64,000 nucleotides of DNA from the NCBI GenBank assembly GCA_963778955.1, contig CAVZWI010000001.1, positions 285,582 through 349,581 of the forward strand, written 5' to 3'. Under the pieces are notes generated by a model. The model worked only from the letters and a program-made list of their open reading frames with translations, made no database searches and was not told where the DNA came from. The position numbers were made by a program, and so were the translations under genes. Source of the DNA: an uncultured Chloroflexia bacterium (GTDB taxonomy: Bacteria > Chloroflexota > Limnocylindria > Limnocylindrales > CSP1-4). Each line of letters begins with the position of its first letter. The first letter of the stretch is position 1. This document shows, in pieces, positions 30,801 through 40,522 of the stretch.

Positions 30801-32308
30801 GTCGCGTGCTCCCGAAAGGCCGTGCGGATGATGGACTCCTGGTCGAATCCCGCTCGGTCGAAGGCGCCGAGCACCTCACCCTGGCCCATGACGATGATGC
30901 GATCGCACATGCCGGTGAGCTCCTCGATCTCCGAGGAGATGAAGAGGACCGCGGTGCCCCTCGCAGCGATCTGGTCGATGATCTCGTAGATCTCGTACTT
31001 GGCGCCCACGTCCACGCCGCGGGTGGGCTCGTCGATGATGAGGATCGACGGCTCGGTCATGAGCCACTTACCCAGCACGACCTTCTGCTGGTTGCCGCCG
31101 GACAGGCCCTTGACCTCGTTCTTGAACGCGTCGTTGACCTTGATGCTCAGGATGTCCACGGTTTCCTTCACAGCGGTCGCCAGGCCGCTGTTCTTGACCC
31201 GCTTGACGACACGCGAGGTGTAGTCGGGCAGCGCCGCGATAGCTAGGTTGTCGGCGACGGTGGCCTCCATCATCAAGCCTTCCTCGCGACGGTTCTCGGT
31301 CACGAAGGCCATGCCGCCCCTGATGTTGCTGGTCGGCGACAGCTTCTCGGCGACGACCCCGTCGATGAGCACCTCACCCTCATCGAAGTCCTCGAGGCCG
31401 AAGATGATCTGGGCCAGTTCCGAACGACCCGAGCCCATCAGGCCGAACACGCCCAGGATCTCGCCCCTATGGAGCTGCAGGTCGATGTGGTGGCTGATGC
31501 CGGCCTTGGAGAGGTTGCGCACCTCGAGCATGAGGTCCTTGGTCGGAGCCGCCGTCCGATCAGGGTAGAGACTCTCGATGTCGCGACCGACCATCGAGCT
31601 GATCATGCGGTCGATGGTGAACTCGTCGCGCGAGCCCTGGGCTACCAGAGCCCCGTCACGAAGCACGGCGATGGCGTCCGACAGGCGCATCACGTCACCG
31701 AGGATGTGGCTGATGTAGAGGATGGTCTTGCCGTCCTCGTGGAGCCGCCCGATGAGGTCGAAGAGGCGGTCGGTCTCACGCGCGGTGAGCGATGTCGTGG
31801 GCTCGTCGAAGATGATGATGCTCGCGTCCACCGACAGCGCCTTGGCGACTTCCACGAGCTGCCGCTCGCCGGGAGCCAAGCGCTCGACGCGCATGTCGGG
31901 CGAGACATGTAGGTCGACCATGGCCAGGTACTCTCGAGCGCGGTCGTTGAGCTCACGCCGGTTCAACAACGGAGCGCGGCCCAGGGTCGGGAAATCACTG
32001 ATGAAGAAGTTCTCGGCGATGCTCAGGTTGGTGAAGAGGTTCAGCTCCTGGTGGATGAAGGCGATGCCGGCCTCATCCGCGTGTTTCGGGTCACCCGGCT
32101 CGAAGGCTTTCCCGTTGAGCAGCATTTGGCCTGCCGTGGCCGGCACCACGCCGCCGAGGATGTTCATGAGCGTGGACTTTCCGGCACCGTTCTCGCCGAC
32201 CAGGCCCACGGTCGTGCCGCGTTCCACGTCAAGGTCGATGCCCTTGAGCACCGGCACACCGAAGAAGGACTTGTCGATGCCCTGGAACTGCAGGATCAGG
32301 TCACTCAT
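30797..32308 (-). CDS. Sugar ABC transporter ATP-binding protein (duplicated ATPase domains)
   Basis: Two sets of Walker A, signature and Walker B motifs are present (GENGAGKST...; LSGGNQQKVVLGKWL...IIDEPTRGVD). Confidence 0.9.
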   Translation of the reverse strand: MSDLILQFQGIDKSFFGVPVLKGIDLDVERGTTVGLVGENGAGKSTLMNILGGVVPATAGQMLLNGKAFEPGDPKHADEAGIAFIHQELNLFTNLSIAENFFISDFPTLGRAPLLNRRELNDRAREYLAMVDLHVSPDMRVERLAPGERQLVEVAKALSVDASIIIFDEPTTSLTARETDRLFDLIGRLHEDGKTILYISHILGDVMRLSDAIAVLRDGALVAQGSRDEFTIDRMISSMVGRDIESLYPDRTAAPTKDLMLEVRNLSKAGISHHIDLQLHRGEILGVFGLMGSGRSELAQIIFGLEDFDEGEVLIDGVVAEKLSPTSNIRGGMAFVTENRREEGLMMEATVADNLAIAALPDYTSRVVKRVKNSGLATAVKETVDILSIKVNDAFKNEVKGLSGGNQQKVVLGKWLMTEPSILIIDEPTRGVDVGAKYEIYEIIDQIAARGTAVLFISSEIEELTGMCDRIIVMGQGEVLGAFDRAGFDQESIIRTAFREHAT

Positions 32309-32317
32309 GGTCGTACC

Positions 32318-33385
32318 TCAGACCTGCTGCAGCGCCAGGCGGCGGCGGACGACATCGAGCAGAGCGGCGAAGAGGATGACCGAACCCTTGACGATGGCGA
32401 TGTAGAAGTAGGGCACGTTGAGCAATGAGAGCGCATTGCCCAGCAGGACCAGGAAGATGACGCCAAAGACCGTCCAGATGATCTTGCCGCGGCCACCGGC
32501 CAGGCTGGTGCCGCCGATGACCACCGCCGCGATGATGTCGAGCAGGAGCGGCTCGCCCAGCGTGGGGCGGCCCTGCTGGACCCGCGACGTATAGATGATC
32601 GACGCGGCCGCGGCACAGACGCTGCTGAAGATGTAGGTAGCGACGATGACCTTCTTCACAGGCACGCCAGAGACCACGGCGGCACGGGGATTGTTGCCGA
32701 TGCCGTATAGCCAGCGCCCGAAGATGCTGCGACCCAGGATGAGGTGGGCCACGACGGCCACGCCGATGGCGATGACCATGGCGATGGAGAAGATGCCGAA
32801 GTCGTCGCCGATGAGGGCGAAAGCGTCAGGCAGATCGATGATGTTCTCGCTCTTGACCACGTAGATGGCCAAGGCAGCCACGAACATCGAGGTCACCAGG
32901 GTGACCATGAAGGGCGGGATGCGCGCGAATGCGACGGCCACGCCGTTGAAGGCACCGATGACAAGGCCGACGGCCAGCATGGCGACGATGGCCACCGGGA
33001 TACCCAGGACCGAGTCATGGAGGATGGCACCGTCCTGGAACAGGAAGATGTCCCACAAGGGGCTCTTGCGGAAGACGATGGGATTGGCCGACTGGGCGAT
33101 GAACGCCGCTCCGACCACGCTGGCGAGCGAGACGACTGCGCCCTGGCTGAGGTCGATGCCGGCGATGATGAGCACGAACGTCTGCCCGATGGCGATCACC
33201 AGCAGCGGCCACATGTTCGAGAGCAGGTTGGTGATGTTGTACGGCGTCGCCACCGTGGGCGACACGAGATAGAGCCCTGCGAACATGGCGATGCACAGGT
33301 ACAGGATCAGATACTCGGACATCAGGATGCGCTTGCCGAAGCTGAGCACGCGATCGGTCGCCGAAGGCTGCACGAGGGCCGTCAT
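32318..33385 (-). CDS. Sugar ABC transporter permease (second permease)
   Basis: BPD_transp_2-type permease. Confidence 0.85.
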   Translation of the reverse strand: MTALVQPSATDRVLSFGKRILMSEYLILYLCIAMFAGLYLVSPTVATPYNITNLLSNMWPLLVIAIGQTFVLIIAGIDLSQGAVVSLASVVGAAFIAQSANPIVFRKSPLWDIFLFQDGAILHDSVLGIPVAIVAMLAVGLVIGAFNGVAVAFARIPPFMVTLVTSMFVAALAIYVVKSENIIDLPDAFALIGDDFGIFSIAMVIAIGVAVVAHLILGRSIFGRWLYGIGNNPRAAVVSGVPVKKVIVATYIFSSVCAAAASIIYTSRVQQGRPTLGEPLLLDIIAAVVIGGTSLAGGRGKIIWTVFGVIFLVLLGNALSLLNVPYFYIAIVKGSVILFAALLDVVRRRLALQQV

Positions 33386-33521
33386 CTGGCTCGCTGCCTA
33401 TGTTGTGTCGGGTGCGGCAGGGTCATCACTTCTCGCCTGGATGGGGTAGATGCGCGGGCCCCGACGTGCGAGGCCCGCGTTACCTGGGGGCGGATCAGCT
33501 CCGCCCCCGTTCAGGTACTGC

Positions 33522-34586
33522 CTATGGGTTGTAGGACGGGTCGGCCAGCAGGATGCAGCCCCACATGTCCATCTCACGCTCAGCAAGGTTGCCGGCGGTG
33601 AGAGCGAACCCGGGGTCGTCGATCCACTGGTCGGGGTGGGTGTCGCCTTTGGCGACGGCGGCGAGCAGCGCATCCAGCATCGCCTGAGCCTCGTAGTAGA
33701 GGTTCTGGACGCCGGTGGCGTCGACGTAACCGTCCTTGATCTGCCGGCAGGCGTTGACGTCGCCGTCAAGACCGGCCATCAGCACGTGATTGGGATCATC
33801 ACGGGTGACCCACTTGCCGAGCGGCTCAAGGACGCCCTTGATGGTCGGGAAGAGGAAGTCGGAGGACGTGAACAGGAAGTCCACGTCGGGGTTGGCGGCC
33901 ATGGCCGCCTGCAGGTTGGCCTGCCCGGTCGCGGCGTCCCAGTTGGTGGGGACCTCGATGGGATCGGTCAACCAGAGGTCGGGGTTGGCGTTGATGACGT
34001 CGTAGAAGCCCTCATAGCGGCCGATGGCGTTGGGATCGCCCAGGTCGCCGACCATGATGAGCGGAGTCACCTTCTTGCCGGCCGCGATGGCCTGGTCGGC
34101 GATGTACTGGACGGCGTCACGCGCGATGGTGCGGTTGTCGGCCTGCACCACGATGGCGGCGCCATCCTCGCTCTGCGGCGGGCGGTTGAAGATGCCGATG
34201 GGGATGTTGGCGTTGTTGGCTTCTTCGATCAGCGTCAGGGCGATGGAGCCGTCCTTGGGGATGACGAAGATGGCGTCGACGCCCTGTGCGATGCAGTCGC
34301 GTTCCAACTGCAGCTGCCCATTGGCATCGGGGCTATAGCGCTCGAGGACGTTGTCGCCCTGCGCGGCCAGCGTCTCGGTCATGGCCTTGTGGCCGGCCAG
34401 CCAGAACTCGGTCTCGAGATCTTCGTGGATGAAGCAGATGTTCAGGCCTCCGGCCGCGGCCATGGACTCGGCCGGAGCGGCACTTTCGTCCTGTGCCAGG
34501 GCCGGGGTCGCGGACAGCGCCAACGCGCCGACCATGGTGAGCCCGATGACTCCCTTGAGATTCCGCATGAGTTTGGTCTCCTCCAA
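33522..34586 (-). CDS. Sugar ABC transporter substrate-binding protein (periplasmic binding protein type I)
   Basis: A signal peptide and a RbsB-like PBP fold are present. The start could instead be the internal Met near 34568. Confidence 0.85.
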   Translation of the reverse strand: MEETKLMRNLKGVIGLTMVGALALSATPALAQDESAAPAESMAAAGGLNICFIHEDLETEFWLAGHKAMTETLAAQGDNVLERYSPDANGQLQLERDCIAQGVDAIFVIPKDGSIALTLIEEANNANIPIGIFNRPPQSEDGAAIVVQADNRTIARDAVQYIADQAIAAGKKVTPLIMVGDLGDPNAIGRYEGFYDVINANPDLWLTDPIEVPTNWDAATGQANLQAAMAANPDVDFLFTSSDFLFPTIKGVLEPLGKWVTRDDPNHVLMAGLDGDVNACRQIKDGYVDATGVQNLYYEAQAMLDALLAAVAKGDTHPDQWIDDPGFALTAGNLAEREMDMWGCILLADPSYNP

Positions 34587-34648
34587 GATCTGTTCCCTTG
34601 ATGGATTTCTGAGGTTCCCTATCGGTCTGCTAGCACCTCCTATGTTGG

Positions 34649-36061
34649 TCAGGCATGTCGGAAGACCTCCCAGTCGAGGTAGTTCTCGAGCGCTTCGGCC
34701 ACGGCGTCCGCGGTGTGCGCGGGACTCATGGCGCAGTGGTGCTCGAAGCCGACCTTGCAGATGAGCTTCAGGAGCGGCTGGAAGTTGGGGATCTCGACCA
34801 CTGCACTGGAGCCGAAGGTGTCCAGCGGGTCGTCGAGGAACTGCCCCTCAGCCACGTAGGCCTTGCACCTGCCGTTGACGTCGTCAGTGCTGATGCGGGC
34901 GATGGTCAGCGGCGCCGCCGGCGCGCGGCCAGTGATGGCACCGTAGACGTTGTCATTGCCCAGCGTAGTGCCAAGCACGTCGGCGATGCGCATCTCGGCC
35001 TCTCCCTCGGGGTAGAAGTTCAGGGGCCAGTTGCCGCAATGGAAGAGCACGCACTTGTCAGGGTGGTCGCCGTAGTTGTTGTTGAGGTCGACGATGGCCG
35101 CCGGCTGCTCGGCGGCCAGCTGCAGCGCGTACATCGAGGCCAAGCCGGTGATGTCGGTCTCACAGGCGCTGGGCATGAGCTTGTTGCTCATGATGCTCAT
35201 GAGCGTGCAGACGTTGACCCCGTAGTTCTCCTGGAGTGAGCTCCAGCACTGCATGGCGGTGGCATCAAGGTCGTTGGCGGCCATCCAGTCGTCGACCACG
35301 ACGCCCAGCTTGGCCATCTTCACCAGCTTCTCCGGCGGCACCGTCGGATGCGGCATGTGAGCCCGGATCTCGTCGAGCTTGGCCTTGGTCTTGGCGTCGT
35401 CATCGCCCAAGCGGTTGGCGTTGCCGAAGACCTCGCTGAAGTCGATGACGCTGACCGCGATGCCGGAGGCTTCGAGCAGCTTCTCGCTGTAGCGCACGGT
35501 CTTGAAGGCATCGGGTCGCGTGCCGATGGCGCCAAGTCGGGCATGCTTCATGCCGTTGGCGACCTTGCACACGCGCACGAACTTGTCGAGGTCCGCACGG
35601 AAGGCATCCGATTGCACCGGGACCGTGTGACGCTCGGTCAGCGAGTAGCTGAACCCGTATTGACGGAGGTCGCTACAGACGGAGATCTTGCCGCAGAACG
35701 AGTCGCGACGACGGTCGAGAGTGAAGGCGGTGACGTCATCCGGGTAGGCCTGGATGAGGATGGGCACATCCAGGCCGGAGAGCCGCATCGTGTCCGCGAC
35801 GCCCTTCTCGTCGCCGAAGTTGGGCAGAACCACCAGCACACCCTCGATGCGCTTGCGGTTCTCATCGAACAGCTGAGCACACAACTGTGCCTCACGCCAG
35901 GTCTCCACACCGCCGAGCTTGGTGGCGCCAGCGTCGAGGATGACGGGCTCGATGTCCATCTCCTCGAACAGCGCCAGCACGTCCGCACGTGCTTCGGTCA
36001 CCAGTGCGTCGGGGAAGAAATCGCGGTTCCCGACGATGACTCCCAATGTGGCTCGTGCCAT
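34649..36061 (-). CDS. L-fucose/L-arabinose isomerase family protein
   Basis: A FucI-like fold is present (...VLFHCGNWP...; C-terminal domain). Confidence 0.7.
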   Translation of the reverse strand: MARATLGVIVGNRDFFPDALVTEARADVLALFEEMDIEPVILDAGATKLGGVETWREAQLCAQLFDENRKRIEGVLVVLPNFGDEKGVADTMRLSGLDVPILIQAYPDDVTAFTLDRRRDSFCGKISVCSDLRQYGFSYSLTERHTVPVQSDAFRADLDKFVRVCKVANGMKHARLGAIGTRPDAFKTVRYSEKLLEASGIAVSVIDFSEVFGNANRLGDDDAKTKAKLDEIRAHMPHPTVPPEKLVKMAKLGVVVDDWMAANDLDATAMQCWSSLQENYGVNVCTLMSIMSNKLMPSACETDITGLASMYALQLAAEQPAAIVDLNNNYGDHPDKCVLFHCGNWPLNFYPEGEAEMRIADVLGTTLGNDNVYGAITGRAPAAPLTIARISTDDVNGRCKAYVAEGQFLDDPLDTFGSSAVVEIPNFQPLLKLICKVGFEHHCAMSPAHTADAVAEALENYLDWEVFRHA

Positions 36062-36094
36062 GTCCTCTCCTCCTTGGATCGCTCTTGGTCCGGC

Positions 36095-37441
36095 TTAGTC
36101 GGTGGCTAGCTGGTCGACAGCCTCGAGCAGCTCGGCAGCAGCGATCGCGCCCTGCGACCACTGGTCCTGCAGCTGTCGCAGCCGGTAGACGGTGGATGGC
36201 TTGATCTCGACGTCCTGAGTGGTGATGGGGGCGTCGATCGCTACGGGTCGGACGACCCTGGCGCCGTTGGCAAGGCCGATGGGCAGGAGTCCCTCGGTAG
36301 CAGCGGTCTGGAACGTATCGATGAGGCTGTAGTAAGCCGTGCCGCCGATGGCGTCGAGCGTGTCGCCGGCTGTGAGGTCGCGCTTGGCGACCGCAAAGAC
36401 CTCCGAGGTCAGCCGATCGAGCGGCACCATGTTGGAGACCTTGCGGATGGCCAGCATGGCGCAGGTCAGCGGCACCTCGATGCTGCACAGGTGGAAGGGC
36501 CGGAAGAGGGTGTAGTAGGGCCCGTCGCCCATGTCGCGCAGCACCATCGCTTCGCGCAGCCGCGGATGGTCCGTGCGGACGATGACGAAGACGCCCGGGG
36601 CCACCGCGCCGATGCCGTAGTCGACCACGCCCAGCTGGCTGAGCACGCCACCATCCTCGATGAGCCTGAAGGCGTCGGTCAGATGGTCGCGATCGGTGTC
36701 GGGACCGTGCATGCCGCGGACGTCCGGCACCAGACCGGTGGCGTTGGAGGTGGCGGCCATCTCGATCATCGTCTTGGAGCCGTCCACGAACTCGACCAGC
36801 ATGTTGGGCGAGAGGCCGCGGCGGGCCGCTTCCTTCTGCACCGCCGGGTCGGCCGGGGTGGAGTGGCGGTCGAGCGGGTTGTTCTTGCCCTTGCCGGCAG
36901 CCACGATGGTGAAGCCCATCGACACCGCGAGGTCGTAGAGCTCCTTGCAGGCGGCTGGCTCGTCACCGGCGGCGAGCGCGTAGAGCACACCCTTCTGCTG
37001 TGCGTACCAGTGCAGGATGGGGCCCACGGTGATGTCGGTCTCGACGTTCATCATGGCTAGGTCCTGGCCGTTGCGAGCGCTGCGAAGCGCGGCCCGAGCG
37101 CCGATCTCAGGCACGCCTGTGGATTCCAGCATGACGTCGACCGAATGCATGTCGGTGACGATGCGATAGTCGGCCGCGGCCACTCGCTTGCCAGCCGCCA
37201 CGGCAGCGTCGGCCTCGGCGGCTGACACCGCCACGACGACCTCGTCCTCGATGAGGCCGATGCGGTAGGCATCGCGAGCGCGTTCGAGGTCCAGGTCGGC
37301 GGTGACGACCACGCGCACGCCCTGCATCTCGTGCGTGGTGGCGACGACGTCGGTGCCCATCTGCCCGGCGCCGATGAGGCCGATGCGCACGGCCTGCCCA
37401 GAGGCTTCCCGCTGCTGCAACTCGGTATTCAGTCCGATCAT
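36095..37441 (-). CDS. NAD(P)-dependent oxidoreductase with a C-terminal SAF domain (COG4091-like)
   Basis: A Rossmann N-terminus (RIGLIGAGQMGTDVV) is followed by a SAF-like C-terminus. The gene is paralogous to 41054..42340. Confidence 0.7.
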   Translation of the reverse strand: MIGLNTELQQREASGQAVRIGLIGAGQMGTDVVATTHEMQGVRVVVTADLDLERARDAYRIGLIEDEVVVAVSAAEADAAVAAGKRVAAADYRIVTDMHSVDVMLESTGVPEIGARAALRSARNGQDLAMMNVETDITVGPILHWYAQQKGVLYALAAGDEPAACKELYDLAVSMGFTIVAAGKGKNNPLDRHSTPADPAVQKEAARRGLSPNMLVEFVDGSKTMIEMAATSNATGLVPDVRGMHGPDTDRDHLTDAFRLIEDGGVLSQLGVVDYGIGAVAPGVFVIVRTDHPRLREAMVLRDMGDGPYYTLFRPFHLCSIEVPLTCAMLAIRKVSNMVPLDRLTSEVFAVAKRDLTAGDTLDAIGGTAYYSLIDTFQTAATEGLLPIGLANGARVVRPVAIDAPITTQDVEIKPSTVYRLRQLQDQWSQGAIAAAELLEAVDQLATD

Positions 37442-38499
37442 GCCGGGTCCGTGCCTTCCTGGCCGATCTCGACCATGACCTTGAGCGCCTCGCCTGCGGC
37501 GACGGTCCGAAAGACCTCGTCGGCCTGGTCGAGGGCGTAGCGGTGGGTGATGATCGCGTCGGGGTCGACCTGGCCGCGTTCCAGCAGCTGCAGCGCGCGC
37601 GCGTGGAAGTCGGGGTGATAGCTGAACGAGCCGATGACGCGGATCTCGTCGTAGTGGATGCGGTTGGCGTCCAGGTTCGTCATGGGGGCCGCCTTGGGCA
37701 GGCCGCCGAAGAGCACCACGTTCCCGCGCTTGCGCACCGCGTCGACCGCCTGCTGGTGGGTAGCAGCCACGGGGTTGGCGCAGATGGCGCTGTCGGCACC
37801 CAGGCCGTCGGTGAAGGCTTTGACCACGGCGACGACATCCTGGCTCATGGGGTCCAGCACCAGCTCTGGCGCGAACGGTTCGGCCAGCGTGCGCCGCAGC
37901 TCGTTGGGCTCGGACAGGATGACGCGGGCGCCGCGCAGGTGGGCGATGAGCGTATGTAGGCAGCCGATGGGACCGGCGCCCATGACAAGGACCGTGTCAC
38001 CGAGCGTGGTGCCGATGTCCTCGTGACAGGCCTGCACCGAGCTGAGCGGCTCAGCCAGGGCGCCCTGCGCGAACGTGAGCGACGATGGCATCTTGTGGAT
38101 GGTGCCGCCGGCCAACGCGTGGGCCGGCAAGACGCAGTACTCGGCCAGCCCGCCATCGAAGCCGGGCGTGATGCCGATCATCGTCATGTCGTCGCAGAGG
38201 TTGTAGAGGCCCACGCTGCAGTACCAACACTTGAGGCAGTGGACGTCCGGCGCGACCGCCAGGTGCTCGCCGACCTGGTACCCGCTGACGTCGGAGCCGA
38301 CCTCGACGATCTCGCCGGCGAACTCGTGGCCGGGCACGGTGATGGCACCGGCAGCCGGACCCTCGCGCCAACGCCGCAGGTCGGAGCCGCAGACCCCACA
38401 GGCCCTGACGGCGAGGAGGACGCCGTCGTTGGGGCACTGCGGGACGGGAACATCGACCAGTTCGATGGTCTCGGGGGCGGTGAGGTGAGCGGCTTTCAC
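37438..38499 (-). CDS. Zinc-dependent alcohol/polyol dehydrogenase (MDR family)
   Basis: GVCGSDL...GHEFAGEIVEVG... and GxGxxG (VLVMGAGPIG) are present. Confidence 0.85.
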   Translation of the reverse strand: MKAAHLTAPETIELVDVPVPQCPNDGVLLAVRACGVCGSDLRRWREGPAAGAITVPGHEFAGEIVEVGSDVSGYQVGEHLAVAPDVHCLKCWYCSVGLYNLCDDMTMIGITPGFDGGLAEYCVLPAHALAGGTIHKMPSSLTFAQGALAEPLSSVQACHEDIGTTLGDTVLVMGAGPIGCLHTLIAHLRGARVILSEPNELRRTLAEPFAPELVLDPMSQDVVAVVKAFTDGLGADSAICANPVAATHQQAVDAVRKRGNVVLFGGLPKAAPMTNLDANRIHYDEIRVIGSFSYHPDFHARALQLLERGQVDPDAIITHRYALDQADEVFRTVAAGEALKVMVEIGQEGTDPA

Positions 38500-39105
38500 T
38501 GGCTGTCGATCTCTCTGATCTTGTGACCGACCGCACCACCGGGGTGGGTCTCCCCGAAGGCCTCGACCGAGTAGCCGCGAAGCTCGAGGAGCGCCACACA
38601 GAGGGCATCGGTGAAGGCCGAGTTGAAGAGCGAGCTGCCCGTGGCCACCATGCCGAAGGGGTCGACCCCGTCCGGCGCGGTCACCTGCAGGACCAGGTCG
38701 GCCAGCCGGCCCAGACTAGAGTCAGGCTTCTCGGTGATGGCGACGACGGCCGCGCCGCGCTTGCGGGCGACCCCGGCCAGGAACACGACCTCAGTCGTCT
38801 CGCCACCCTTGGACAGGCCGACCCAGACGTCGTTGGCGGTCACCGCACCGGCAGCGCCATGCTGGCTGTCGCCGGGGTGGAGGAAGAGCGCGGGAGTGCC
38901 CACGCACGAGAGCAGATGGGCGAACCGCAGTGCCACCGCGTGGGAGGTACCGGAACCTGACACGAGGACGTGGCCGCGGCAGTCCAGCAGCATGCGAACG
39001 GCCTGGGCGAAGGTGTCCGGCAGGTCGTCGGCCAGCGTCGCGGCGGCAGCGCTCTCACGGCGGACGGTCTCGGCGCCGAGCGCGCGGATCTTGCTGGTCA
39101 GCCAT
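38496..39105 (-). pseudogene. SIS-domain sugar-phosphate isomerase-like protein. The start region is disturbed, with a putative 1-bp indel, and the start is uncertain.
   Basis: The SIS core is LLDCRGHVLVSGSGTSHAVALRFAHLLSCVGTPALFLHPGDSQHG. The conserved N-terminus (IRALGAETVRRESAAAATLADDLPDTF) has no in-frame ATG. An ATG (MADQQ) lies in the +1 frame next to an aa[g]atcc context near 39088. Confidence 0.55.
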
Positions 39106-39115
39106 CGTTCGCTGC

Positions 39116-40126
39116 TCAGCCATCGTTCGACTCCAAGAGCGTCTCCGCGGTCACCGAGTCGGTGACAAGCACGTTGATGAGACGGCCACGCAGGGCGGCA
39201 CGGATGGCGGCTTGCTTGTCCGGGCCGCCCGACACGCCTACGATCTTGGGCACCTGCTTGATCTGCTCCAGCGTCATGCCGATGATGCGGTCGTTGATCT
39301 CGGACTCGATGCATTCGCCGTCGACGTCGTAGTAGCGCAGGGCGATGTCGCCGACCGCTCCCTTGCGCAGCAGCGCATCCAACTCGGCGCGCGTGATGAT
39401 GGAGCCGTCGCGCATGGTCACCGAGCCCAGCGTCGGTGCGCCGATGCCGACGAACGCGATGTCCAGATCATCGAACGCCTCCACGGCGCGCTGGACGTGG
39501 ACGTCGGAGAGCAGCACCTCGCGGGTCCGTTGATCGGGCACGATTCCCGGTACCGGCAGCAGCGTCAGGCGGCAGCCCAGCGAACGCGAGACGCTCCGGC
39601 ACAGTTCGGTGGCATGGACTTCCGAGTCTGGCTGACCCAGGCCACCGATGACCTGCACGACCTGGGCGTTGGGGTAGCGCTGCGGGGTCAGCGCTGCCGC
39701 CATGTGGCGCAGCGTGTCACCCCAGCACATGCCGATGGTGCTGCGAGGGGACATGGCGCGCAGCAGGTAGCCCGCGGCGGCGCTGCCGACAGCGCGGCTG
39801 ACCTGCGCCTGCGAGTCCCCCGGCTGCGCTTCGACCACGAGCGCCTCCTGGAGCCCGTAGCGCTCCTCAAGCCCGCTCTCGAGGTCGAGGAAGAGGTCCT
39901 CCGGCGCCACCACGTTGATCTGCACCACACCCGTCTCGCGCGCCTGCGCCATGAGCCGGGAGACCTTCGAACGAGACAGCCCCAGGCGCGCCGTGATGGC
40001 GTCCTGGTTCAGGCCGTCCTCGTAGTAGAACCTGCTGACTTTGACCAGCAAGCGAAGCTCCTCGTTCGATGGGTGGCTGGCTACCGCCATGAAAGAATTC
40101 CCACTCCTGAGAATTATTTCAGGCAC
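39116..40126 (-). CDS. SorC/DeoR-family sugar-binding transcriptional regulator
   Basis: An N-terminal HTH (DAITARLGLSRSKVSRLMAQARETGVV) is followed by a C-terminal sugar-binding domain. The true start is probably MAVASHPSNEE near 40090. Confidence 0.8.
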   Translation of the reverse strand: MPEIILRSGNSFMAVASHPSNEELRLLVKVSRFYYEDGLNQDAITARLGLSRSKVSRLMAQARETGVVQINVVAPEDLFLDLESGLEERYGLQEALVVEAQPGDSQAQVSRAVGSAAAGYLLRAMSPRSTIGMCWGDTLRHMAAALTPQRYPNAQVVQVIGGLGQPDSEVHATELCRSVSRSLGCRLTLLPVPGIVPDQRTREVLLSDVHVQRAVEAFDDLDIAFVGIGAPTLGSVTMRDGSIITRAELDALLRKGAVGDIALRYYDVDGECIESEINDRIIGMTLEQIKQVPKIVGVSGGPDKQAAIRAALRGRLINVLVTDSVTAETLLESNDG

Positions 40127-40213
40127 CGTAGCATGGTCGATGGGCGTGCGTCAACCGGATCCGCATTCGAATGCACGAGACGGCTGCACAGCTGGTCCGC
40201 CTATCGGGCGGCT

Positions 40214-40477
40214 CTACCCACCCTGCGGGTGATCCGACGGTCGCTCGCCGTCCATCCAGACCTCGCGGGCGACTCCTACCCGCCTGGCGGGTGAATCAGC
40301 GTCGATCCGACGCAAACCGCAGGCTCGCTCCGTCGGTTCACCCGCCCCGTGGGTCAAGTGACCGGTATCTGGCTATCCCAGATGACCTGCTCCGTCGGTT
40401 CACCCGCCCCGTGGGTCAAGTGACCGGATCTGGCTATCCCAGATGACCTGCTCCGTCGGTTCACCCGCCCCGTGGGT
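40214..40477. repeat. Palindrome-rich intergenic repeat array. Two ACCC..GGGT palindromes are followed by 2.4 tandem copies of a 62-bp unit that carries three palindromes per unit.
   Basis: The two leading palindromes are CACCCtgcGGGTG at about 40218 and ACCCGCCtGGCGGGT at about 40277. The 62-bp units start at 40328, 40390 and 40451; each unit contains ACCCgccccgtGGGT, GGTCAagTGACC and ATCTGGctatcCCAGAT. Confidence 0.6.
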
Positions 40478-40522
40478 AGAGCACGCGTGGCGGGCGTGGC
40501 GGGCATGACGATGACTGCGGAT

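Noticed and set aside
40328-40477. A possible CRISPR array (tandem direct repeats)
   Set aside because: The 62-bp units abut directly with no unique spacers. There are only 2.4 copies, and each unit is itself a set of palindromes. This is a tandem repeat or operator/terminator array, not CRISPR.
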